Shown: positions 49,431 to 57,802 of the stretch, piece after piece
How positions within the stretch are numbered: the stretch's first letter is position 1
How the letters are laid out: every line of letters begins with the position of its first letter
Assembly (NCBI GenBank): GCA_902540805.1
Contig: CACBON010000004.1
Coordinates: 25,320 to 89,319 of the forward strand
DNA: 64,000 nt
From: an uncultured Alphaproteobacteria bacterium
GTDB taxonomy: Bacteria > Pseudomonadota > Alphaproteobacteria > Methylaequorales > Methylaequoraceae
Direction of reading: 5' to 3'
Notes under the pieces: generated by a model
What the model saw: only the letters and a program-made list of their open reading frames with translations
Told to the model about the DNA's origin: nothing
Databases searched by the model: none
Position numbers and translations under genes: made by a program

Positions 49431-50522
49431 CTAAAGACTGTTATAAAACTTAAAAGTTTTTATTATGGAATTTTCAAGAGTTGTAAAGACTTTTAAGTTA
49501 TTTTTTTTTGCTAAGCTTATATCGGGAACGTAGGCAGTTGGTAAATATTGTGGTTTGTTTTCAGTTAAAATCTGAATATTTCTTTTAGTAACTTTTTTTA
49601 CTAAACAAGCTACATCATACAATGAAAAAGCCTCATCTGATCCAACATTTATAGTGAGGAATTTCTTTTCACTTAATAAAATTTTTAATAACCAAATTAC
49701 AAGATCAGATGTATACATATAACTTCTTACTGAAGATCCATCACTGTGAATAACTATATCCGAGTTAGTTGTTACAGACTTTATAAAATTACCTATAGCA
49801 AAGTGAGTATCAATTGGAAGCCATGGACCAACAAATGAAAAGCATCTGGCAATTTTAATCGTTTTTTCATTTGTCTCTGTTGCCCAATAATTGCAAAGTA
49901 GTTCTGCAGTTTTCTTAAAAATACCACTGGCATCGTTAGTATTTGAAGAGTCTAAGTAAAATCCAGAACTTTCAATAATTTTTGTGAAGTTTTTTGCAGG
50001 CTGTTTTCCGTATACTGAACCTGATGAAATATAAAGTATATTATTGATTCTTTTTTTATTAGCAAAATTTAAAATGTTTTTAGTACCATTAATTACTACA
50101 TCTGATAGGTTAGAAATATTTTGGTGTGCTTCAATAGTAGCTTCTGTAGCGCCATGAATAATATGAGTAAAATCATTTTCATTTGTCGTGAAATTTACAA
50201 TATTTCCTTTAATAAAAAAAAGTTCTTTATAATTTCTTACTTCAGGAAACTTGTTTTTAAACTTACTTGGATTTCTTGATAAAACAAAAATTTTAATATT
50301 TAAATTTAATGATGCATTTAAATGTAAAAGACTACTCAAAATAGATTTTCCAAAAAATCCTGTTCCTCCAGTTATCAATATTTTTGCGTTTTTAAGTTTT
50401 ATAATTGATGTTTTTAATTCAGATAGAATAAATTTTAAATCATCATTACAAATATTAAAAATGCTGCGTTTTTCAGGCTTCACACAGATTAGTATGGCAT
50501 TATAATTGCAGCAAATAAACAC
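49431..50522 (-). CDS. NAD-dependent epimerase/dehydratase-family (extended SDR) sugar-nucleotide reductase or epimerase
   Basis: KILITGGTGFFGKS Rossmann motif. The start is uncertain: the 45-aa leader before the Rossmann motif is atypical, and 50522 leaves only 16 nt to the divergent gene. Confidence 0.75.
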   Translation of the reverse strand: MFICCNYNAILICVKPEKRSIFNICNDDLKFILSELKTSIIKLKNAKILITGGTGFFGKSILSSLLHLNASLNLNIKIFVLSRNPSKFKNKFPEVRNYKELFFIKGNIVNFTTNENDFTHIIHGATEATIEAHQNISNLSDVVINGTKNILNFANKKRINNILYISSGSVYGKQPAKNFTKIIESSGFYLDSSNTNDASGIFKKTAELLCNYWATETNEKTIKIARCFSFVGPWLPIDTHFAIGNFIKSVTTNSDIVIHSDGSSVRSYMYTSDLVIWLLKILLSEKKFLTINVGSDEAFSLYDVACLVKKVTKRNIQILTENKPQYLPTAYVPDISLAKKNNLKVFTTLENSIIKTFKFYNSL

Positions 50523-50538
50523 TTTTTAAACAAATTAA

Positions 50539-52443
50539 ATGGATAAAATTAACTATAATCAAGAACCTCCAATAAATAATCCGGAAGAAAAAAACTTTAG
50601 TTTCAGAGGATTAAATTTTAAACAAAAAGAAGATACTCTTTCATATCTTCTATTTGATTATCTCTCAAAAATTGGAACAAAAGCTGTTTTTCTTGTGCCT
50701 GGAGGTGGAAACATGTTTCTTGTCGATGCAGTAGGAAGACATCCAGATATCAAATGTATTTGTACTCATAATGAACAATCTGCTGTAATTGCTGCCGAAG
50801 CATACTCAAGACTTAATGAGGGGATAGGGGTTGCGTTGGTAACAACTGGTCCAGGTGCTACAAATTCAGTTACAGGTATAGCAGGATCGTGGATTGATTC
50901 TATTCCTCTTTTAGTTATTTCAGGGCAGGTTAAAATTGATGATATCAATTTTGAAAAAAAATTGAGGCAAAAAGGCCCTCAAGAAGTTGATATAGTTTCC
51001 ATGGTTAAAGGTATAACAAAGCATTCTGAAACAATTACAGATCACAAAAATTTTCTAAAAAAACTAAGCAAAATTATAAATCTTTCAAGAAATGGAAGAC
51101 CAGGGCCATGTCTAATAGATATCCCTCTAGACATTCAATCTCAAAAAGTCAAAATACCTTTCGACTACCAACCGTTCCTAAAGAATGAAATAATTAAAGT
51201 TAAAAAACAAATACCTAATGAATTAATACGTAAGATCACAAAATCCAAGAAACCACTTTTTTTAATGGGACATGGTATAAAAAGTTCAAAATCACAAAAA
51301 TTAGCTATAGAACTGATTAAGTATTCAAATATCCCTGTGTGTGTTACCTGGCCAATGATAGATCTGCTAGCTTTTGATGATCCACTTTACGTCGGAAGGC
51401 CTGGGGTAGTAGCAAAACGAAATGCTAATTTAACAATACAAAATTGTGATTTATTAATTAGTATAGGAGCAAGATTAGATAGAATTGTTACGGCTTTCAA
51501 TTCAGATAATTTCGCAAAAAATGCAGAAATCTATTGTATAGATATTGACAAGGCTGAACTAAAGAAGCATCCAAAAAGATTTAAAACAATCAAATTTGAT
51601 TGTAAATATTTTTTGTCAGACCTATTGATTAAACTAAAGAATAATAAATATAAAAATAAAAATACTAAATGGATTGATTTTTGTAAAAATCTCAAAACAA
51701 AGTACGGCAAAAGTGAGTCAAGAAAAAAAAAGAGTATGAGTATTTATAATACTGTAAATTTTTTATCCAAAATAATACCACCTAATAGCACCATCGTTAC
51801 TGGAAGTTCTGGTCTATGTATTGAAGTTTTTTATACACATTTTGAAAATAAAAAGAACCAAAAAACATTTCTTACAACAGGTTTAGGTTCAATGGGTTAT
51901 GGATTTCCGGCTTTAGTTGGTGCCAGTACACAAATCCAAAAAAAATTATTTTTGTATGAAGGCGATGGAAGTGCGATGATGAACCTTCAAGAGTTGCAAA
52001 CTTTAAAAACTAACAATTGTAAAGCAAAAATCTTTCTCATAAATAATCAAGGTTATGTATCCATAAGGAATACCCAAAAAAACTATTTTAGAGGAAGGTT
52101 TGTAGGAATTAACAAAAAATCGGGGATGGAAACTTCGTCTATATCGAAAATTGCCAAGGCAATTGGTATTAAATCATATGTAGTAAAGAAATACTCTGAT
52201 TTTAATAAAATCAAAAAGACCTTAGACAAAGACGAACTTATTATTTATGAAATTTTTGTAAATAAAGATGAGAAATTAATTCCTAAATGTTCGGCATATA
52301 AATTGGACAATGGGACAATGGTTTCATCACCAATTGAAGATATGACACCTTTAATAGAGATTGAAGAATTAAAAAAAATTATCCCAGGCCCAATCGATCA
52401 GAGATCATATTCAATGAGAGAAGTTAGAAATGAAACAACTTAA
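50539..52443 (+). CDS. Thiamine-diphosphate-dependent enzyme, acetolactate-synthase-like (YerE-like candidate)
   Basis: Three-domain ALS layout. N-terminal PYR domain (LVTTGPGATNSVTGIAGSW) and ThDP motif GDGSAMMNLQELQT...NNQGY. Located inside a CDP-sugar cluster. Confidence 0.85.
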   Translation: MDKINYNQEPPINNPEEKNFSFRGLNFKQKEDTLSYLLFDYLSKIGTKAVFLVPGGGNMFLVDAVGRHPDIKCICTHNEQSAVIAAEAYSRLNEGIGVALVTTGPGATNSVTGIAGSWIDSIPLLVISGQVKIDDINFEKKLRQKGPQEVDIVSMVKGITKHSETITDHKNFLKKLSKIINLSRNGRPGPCLIDIPLDIQSQKVKIPFDYQPFLKNEIIKVKKQIPNELIRKITKSKKPLFLMGHGIKSSKSQKLAIELIKYSNIPVCVTWPMIDLLAFDDPLYVGRPGVVAKRNANLTIQNCDLLISIGARLDRIVTAFNSDNFAKNAEIYCIDIDKAELKKHPKRFKTIKFDCKYFLSDLLIKLKNNKYKNKNTKWIDFCKNLKTKYGKSESRKKKSMSIYNTVNFLSKIIPPNSTIVTGSSGLCIEVFYTHFENKKNQKTFLTTGLGSMGYGFPALVGASTQIQKKLFLYEGDGSAMMNLQELQTLKTNNCKAKIFLINNQGYVSIRNTQKNYFRGRFVGINKKSGMETSSISKIAKAIGIKSYVVKKYSDFNKIKKTLDKDELIIYEIFVNKDEKLIPKCSAYKLDNGTMVSSPIEDMTPLIEIEELKKIIPGPIDQRSYSMREVRNETT

Positions 52444-53329
52444 TCAAAGCTTTGAAAAATTACCCAAGGACAGAATTGCGGATTTTTGTATTTGTTGTGG
52501 ATCAAAAAAATTAAAAAATAGTCCTGCAGTTTTAATGCCTTTTGTAGCTGAACGAGTCTTTAATTGGAAGCAAATTAAAATAGACAAAACCTGGGGACTT
52601 AACACAATACAAAATGGACAAACTTATTCTATATGCAATACGTTGTTATGTAGTAAGTGCAATTTTGTATTTTTAGATATTAGATTTTCAGACAAAGAAC
52701 TTTCAAATCTTTACAATAATTATAGAGGTGTCAAATACACTAAACTCAGAGAAAAATACGAAAAGAATTATGAAAAAAGAAATAGAGATTTAATAAAAGG
52801 AATAACTTATTTAGATGAGGTAGAAAAATTTATTTTAAAAAATACAAAATTACCACTATCAATATTGGATTGGGGAGGTGATACTGGAAAAAATACACCT
52901 TTTAAAAATCATAGTAAAAAAATTCATATTTATGATGTAGGAAACTCAAAAACCGTAAATGGAACTATAAAAGTAAGTAAATCCAATTTAAAAAATAGAA
53001 AATACGATTTAATTGTATGCAGCAATGTGCTTGAACATGTTTCTTATCCTTCTGAGACTCTTTTTGATATAAAAAAAAATATGAGTTTAAAATCATTACT
53101 GTACATTGAACTTCCTTACGAAAAACTAATTATAGAAATTGAGAATAAAAAAAAATCATACGAAGATAAAAAACATTGGCATGAGCATGTGAACTTTTTT
53201 TCAAAAAAATCAATATTAAAATTATTAAAAAAATGTAAACTTAAATTGGTTGACTTTAGAAAACTTGATGTGGCTGAGGGAAACTTCTCCCTGATGCAGA
53301 TTGTTTGTAGAAAGGATTTTGATCAATAA
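52430..53329 (+). CDS. SAM-dependent methyltransferase with N-terminal zinc ribbon
   Basis: CICCGS...CSKCNFVF zinc ribbon, ILDWGGDTG motif I and LIVCSNVLEHV motif. Confidence 0.65.
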   Translation: MKQLNQSFEKLPKDRIADFCICCGSKKLKNSPAVLMPFVAERVFNWKQIKIDKTWGLNTIQNGQTYSICNTLLCSKCNFVFLDIRFSDKELSNLYNNYRGVKYTKLREKYEKNYEKRNRDLIKGITYLDEVEKFILKNTKLPLSILDWGGDTGKNTPFKNHSKKIHIYDVGNSKTVNGTIKVSKSNLKNRKYDLIVCSNVLEHVSYPSETLFDIKKNMSLKSLLYIELPYEKLIIEIENKKKSYEDKKHWHEHVNFFSKKSILKLLKKCKLKLVDFRKLDVAEGNFSLMQIVCRKDFDQ

Positions 53330-53333
53330 CTCA

Positions 53334-54800
53334 ATGAGACCTAGAAGAATTTACAGAACTCCAACGACAGTAGATCTAGAAATTACCGATATTTGTAATG
53401 AAAAATGTGTCTATTGTTTTAACTTCGACAGAGATCTTTCTATGGGATCCTTGAAACTTGATAAAGAAAAAATAGACCATTTAGTTAGACAATTTGTAAA
53501 CTTTGAAGTGTTTCATGTGATTTCCTCCGGTGGCGAAGCTTTTGCAAATTTTGAGATGCTATTATATCTAAATAAAAAGCTTAAAGAAAATAATATTTCA
53601 ACTTCAGTTAATAGTAACCTCTCGATTAAGGCTCAAAGAAAAGAAAGGTTGAAAAGACTATTTGATTCAGGATGTGATCACATTTTAACAAGTTTACCTT
53701 CATATCTACCTGATGTAACAAATAAACTAGTTAATAGCAAAAATGCATTCGATAGAATAACAAGCGGGATTAAGGATGCAGTAGAAATCGGATTTAGAAT
53801 TAGTGCTAACATGGTCGTACACAACTCTAATAAAAATCAGGTATATCTTACAGCAAAACTCGCAAGTGAATTGGGATGCCAAAGAATATTTGCAACACGA
53901 ATAGTTGGACCTGATTATGAAACTGAAGTAGATTATGAAAATACAAGTGATGAAAATCCCAATATATTGTCAAAAAAATCAGCGTTAGATTGTTTAGATC
54001 AACTTATAAAAGCTCGGGATGAATGTGGAATCGATGTTAGTACAATAGTAAGCTATCCTCTTTGTTTGCTTGGTGATCTTCAAAAATACGCAGATTTTGT
54101 TGGAAGAGGGTGTCCCACTCAAAGAGGCCATAGGTTAAATATTTTGCCTAATGGAGACATAAGATCTTGTGTACATCTTTCTTCAGAAAGATTAGGAAAT
54201 GTCTTTAGAGATAATATTGATTTGTCTGAGCAATATAAAAAACTTAGGAAATGGCATGATGGATCACTAGCTTTTAACGAATGCAAAAAATGTGATTATA
54301 AATATGTTTGCAACAGTGGATGTAGAGTTGACGCAAAAGCTTATTCGGGAAAACTCAATGGGAAAGATCCTCTGATGGTTGGTCCTATTATTAACGGAAA
54401 GATTCATGGACGATCGTTAAGAAAGTTTGTACCATTTAAAATTACCTATGATAAAAAAACCAGAGAAATAGTTCAAAATAGTGAGTTTATTGTTAGTAAA
54501 GAAGCAAGATTTAGATATGAGGAAAGTTTTTATTTATGCAGTATAAAATATGGAAATATAATTGAAATTGATTACGATATTGCGAAATTTCTCATTGAAA
54601 AACAAAGAACAAACCAATCATTCAATTTAAAAGAATTTGGTTTAAAGAATATTCAAATTATGATTGACTACTTCTGTAAAGATTTAATAAGAAGTGTTGA
54701 TAATAATTTGAATGATAAAAGAAATAAAAACTTGCTAAAAAAAGGCCTTGGAATAGATCCAAATAATCTTCCGGATTATGACAAGTTTATATTTAATTAA
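53334..54800 (+). CDS. Radical SAM enzyme with SPASM-type auxiliary cluster domain and ~130-aa C-terminal extension
   Basis: CNEKCVYC (CX3CX2C) near the N-terminus. The SPASM-like region reads GCP...LNILPNGDIRSCVH...CKKCDYKYVCNSGCR. Start set at the ATG at 53334, 4 nt after the upstream stop. Confidence 0.85.
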   Translation: MRPRRIYRTPTTVDLEITDICNEKCVYCFNFDRDLSMGSLKLDKEKIDHLVRQFVNFEVFHVISSGGEAFANFEMLLYLNKKLKENNISTSVNSNLSIKAQRKERLKRLFDSGCDHILTSLPSYLPDVTNKLVNSKNAFDRITSGIKDAVEIGFRISANMVVHNSNKNQVYLTAKLASELGCQRIFATRIVGPDYETEVDYENTSDENPNILSKKSALDCLDQLIKARDECGIDVSTIVSYPLCLLGDLQKYADFVGRGCPTQRGHRLNILPNGDIRSCVHLSSERLGNVFRDNIDLSEQYKKLRKWHDGSLAFNECKKCDYKYVCNSGCRVDAKAYSGKLNGKDPLMVGPIINGKIHGRSLRKFVPFKITYDKKTREIVQNSEFIVSKEARFRYEESFYLCSIKYGNIIEIDYDIAKFLIEKQRTNQSFNLKEFGLKNIQIMIDYFCKDLIRSVDNNLNDKRNKNLLKKGLGIDPNNLPDYDKFIFN

Positions 54801-54805
54801 TTTAT

Positions 54806-56296
54806 TTAAATAACGCCTTTTACTCTCACAAGGGATTCGCTTAGAATTTCAAAAGTTTTTTTATATTTACTTGAAATTTTTGAATTTTTAAAAATTCTTT
54901 CTACTTCATCAAATGTATGATTATTCCAGTATTCAAACAAAGGAAAAGGAAATGTTTTAGGTACTTCCTTCATATAGAAGTTCATAAACTTTTCTGCATT
55001 TTTTTTTTTGACGCTAGGAATTGTAATTTTTTTTCTTTTAATAAAAAAATCAATTTTACTAAAATATTCTTTTAAATTTTTTGGATCGTATTGGATGTTT
55101 TTACCCCACGCAGCTCCCATGCCTCCTGAAATTACTGGTTTATTTTTTAAAATCATCTCCCAGCCTATATCTGAGGAATATACTATTCCCAAATCTGCTA
55201 CTTCTATCAAACCATATGTATTTATCGAAGTGCTACTTGGGAGTATTTTAAAATTATCACTTAACTTATCCAAATACATATCGACATATTTTTCGCATGA
55301 CATGTTACAATTTGTTAATTTTTCTGCGGGATGAGGTCTAATTATAATGTTACAGTTCTTTTTAGGTAATAAAAAATTAATAGTTTCTTTTAACCAATCA
55401 AAGTGAGATTTAAACAAGTAATTGGTTTTTCTTGTAAGAACGGTTGTATCGAAGGCCAGATTGGTAAGAATTAAAATTGTATATGCATTTTTATTTAAAG
55501 ATAATTTCTTGTAAATTATATCTTTATTCAATGGATTTTCAGTATGGAAGCTTAAGAAAACATTTTTTTTATAATATTCTTTTTTTGAAAGTTTCTCAAT
55601 TGTTAGATATGGTTTGCTAATAGAACTATGCTTATTTCTTTTCCAAGCCTCCTCAATATTCAAATTATTAAAGGGTGTATTTTTTGAAATCATAATGGTG
55701 TTTTTATCATTTTTGTAGCCATAACAAGTTATTGTTTTATCTAGTTCTCGTAGAATCGTAAATGCCACTCCATACTCTGCCCATGACCCACTGTCGATGA
55801 TATAGTTATCAAAGTTATTCTTTTTTACGAATGATTCAAACGTAGTAGCAAAATTAAAATTATTCATTTTAATTGTCTCAAATAATTTTTTATTTTTTTG
55901 GTTTTTTAAATAAAGAGGATTTTTTAAAATTCTTTTAATATCCTCTTCAGTTTGACGATAAATTTCTTTTTTTAATTTTACAGAAACATTTGTTTTCTTT
56001 TCTTTTAGTGTTTTTAGGCTTTCAATTTTAATTTCATTTTTCTTTATAACTTTGATTATGGATGGAAATATTTTTCGCAATGATAATCCAGTGAAGTGTT
56101 GTGTGAGTTTTTCACTGGGCTTTTGGATTAATAAAGTAACCTGATGACCAAGTTTAACTAGAACATGAGCAATAGAACAGTTAATTATAAAGTCATTAGA
56201 AGCTATAGAAAGGATTAAAATTTTTTTTGGGTTGGCATTGTGATTATTATTACTATCAAATTTTTCTAGAATTTTTAAATATCTATTTAATGACAT
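54806..56296 (-). CDS. Putative GT-B-fold glycosyltransferase, capsule-polysaccharide-biosynthesis (KpsS/KpsC/LpsZ)-like
   Basis: Pattern ILILTNLAFDT...IIRPHPAE...YGLIEVADLGIVYSSDIGWEMILKNKPVI resembles Capsule_synth-type retaining or beta-Kdo transferases. Weak call based on motif order only. Confidence 0.4.
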   Translation of the reverse strand: MSLNRYLKILEKFDSNNNHNANPKKILILSIASNDFIINCSIAHVLVKLGHQVTLLIQKPSEKLTQHFTGLSLRKIFPSIIKVIKKNEIKIESLKTLKEKKTNVSVKLKKEIYRQTEEDIKRILKNPLYLKNQKNKKLFETIKMNNFNFATTFESFVKKNNFDNYIIDSGSWAEYGVAFTILRELDKTITCYGYKNDKNTIMISKNTPFNNLNIEEAWKRNKHSSISKPYLTIEKLSKKEYYKKNVFLSFHTENPLNKDIIYKKLSLNKNAYTILILTNLAFDTTVLTRKTNYLFKSHFDWLKETINFLLPKKNCNIIIRPHPAEKLTNCNMSCEKYVDMYLDKLSDNFKILPSSTSINTYGLIEVADLGIVYSSDIGWEMILKNKPVISGGMGAAWGKNIQYDPKNLKEYFSKIDFFIKRKKITIPSVKKKNAEKFMNFYMKEVPKTFPFPLFEYWNNHTFDEVERIFKNSKISSKYKKTFEILSESLVRVKGVI

Positions 56297-56939
56297 AACT
56301 TATATAACTTGAGAAAGGTAGAGTTTTAATAATATTTGGTTTATTACTAAAAAATTCATCAATTGCTTTATTAGCACCTGGAAAAGCACCATAATCATCT
56401 AGGATAATTACGCCATTTTTTACAACGTGTGGATATAGAATTTCTAAACAGAGTTTAGTGGGTTCATAGGTATCAACATCGATGTGTAATAAAGAGATTT
56501 TTAAATGTTTATTTGATTTTATAAAATGAGGTAGTGTTCTGAGGATATTTCCTTTTATTAAGTCTAAATTTTTATCAACACCTAATTTTTTAAATATTCT
56601 TAATAATTCGTTTTTTTTAATAGATTGATTACCAGCTTGATTCGTAAAACTATTCAAATACTTTTTATCATCAGGGTTACATTTTTCAGGGAATTTACCG
56701 AATGTATCGAATGCTATGATTTTTTTTGATGATGAGTGTCCATAAAGCGCCCTTAATTTTACAAATTGAGACAAAGTGGAACCTTTAAAAACTCCACATT
56801 CTATTATTTCACCCGGTATATTCTTAATCTTACTAAATAATTCAAATCTAGTTATTAACTTTCCAATTCTTTCTACTGGTGCAGATAGCATAAAAGCATT
56901 TTCATAATCAAAGTTTTTTTTTATATCTTTTTTTTTCAT
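56283..56939 (-). CDS. TylF/MycF-like (macrocin-type) O-methyltransferase
   Basis: IECGVFKGST motif I and LLHIDVDTYEPTK...GVIILDDY metal/SAM motifs are typical of the TylF family. Confidence 0.7.
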   Translation of the reverse strand: MKKKDIKKNFDYENAFMLSAPVERIGKLITRFELFSKIKNIPGEIIECGVFKGSTLSQFVKLRALYGHSSSKKIIAFDTFGKFPEKCNPDDKKYLNSFTNQAGNQSIKKNELLRIFKKLGVDKNLDLIKGNILRTLPHFIKSNKHLKISLLHIDVDTYEPTKLCLEILYPHVVKNGVIILDDYGAFPGANKAIDEFFSNKPNIIKTLPFSSYISYVIK

Positions 56940-57802
56940 TATTTTACTAATCTTAATTTATTACGTATTAACTTTTCTGAATCATAAACTTTCTTAACTC
57001 CATCGCCTAAAGATTTCTCTAAAACTCTAATATCTCTGATTAATTTTTTTAAACCAGGCGGTTCAAGAGATGCAGCTTGATCCGTGCCCCACATTGATCT
57101 ATCTAACGTAAAGTGTCTTTCGATAAAACAAGCACCTAATACGCATGCAGCCAAAGTTGTTTGAATTCCAAGTTCATGTCCAGAATAACCAATCGGATGA
57201 TTAAACTCTTTCATTAATGTTGTAATAACATTTAGATTTAGTTCCTCAGACTTGCAAGGATATGCGCTAGTTGAATGTGCAATAAGTAAATTAGCATCAC
57301 TCAAAATTTGTTCTGCCTTTTTTATCTCTTTCATAGTAGACATTCCAGTTGAAAGAATTATTGGCTTTTTTAGCATAGCGTGTTCTTTTAATAGTTTTTG
57401 ATCAGTAAGTGAAGCAGATGCAATCTTGTAGGCAACAGGATTAAAGTTTCTTATAAATTTGAGTGATTCTAGATCCCAACATGAAGCAAACCAATCTATT
57501 TCTTTTCTTTTACAATAGTCATTGATGTAAATGTAATTTTCTTTAGATAATTCAATTTTTTGCTTATATTCCAAATAAGTGATTCTTCCCCATGGGGTAT
57601 CTCTTTCAATTGATTTTTGGTTCTCTGGAACACAAATCTCTGGGGTCCTTTTCTGAAATTTAACAGCATCAGCACCCGCTGAATGAGCTTCATCAATTAG
57701 ATTTTTTACTAACTGCATATCTCCATTGTGGTTGATACCAATTTCAGCAATAACATAAGTTGGATATTTGTGACCAATTGTGTGTTTACCAATTTTAATC
57801 AT
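56939..57802 (-). CDS. neuB: N-acylneuraminate (nonulosonate) synthase family protein, lacking the C-terminal SAF domain
   Basis: YVIAEIGINHNGDMQLVKNLIDEAHSAGADAVKFQKR and GYSGHELG blocks of the NeuB TIM barrel. The ORF ends at 287 aa, just after the barrel. Confidence 0.88.
   Translation of the reverse strand: MIKIGKHTIGHKYPTYVIAEIGINHNGDMQLVKNLIDEAHSAGADAVKFQKRTPEICVPENQKSIERDTPWGRITYLEYKQKIELSKENYIYINDYCKRKEIDWFASCWDLESLKFIRNFNPVAYKIASASLTDQKLLKEHAMLKKPIILSTGMSTMKEIKKAEQILSDANLLIAHSTSAYPCKSEELNLNVITTLMKEFNHPIGYSGHELGIQTTLAACVLGACFIERHFTLDRSMWGTDQAASLEPPGLKKLIRDIRVLEKSLGDGVKKVYDSEKLIRNKLRLVK

Noticed and set aside
53301-53333. TTG-initiated 11-codon extension of the radical SAM gene overlapping the upstream methyltransferase
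   Set aside because: The ATG at 53334 lies 4 nt after the upstream stop and gives the usual distance to the CX3CX2C motif.
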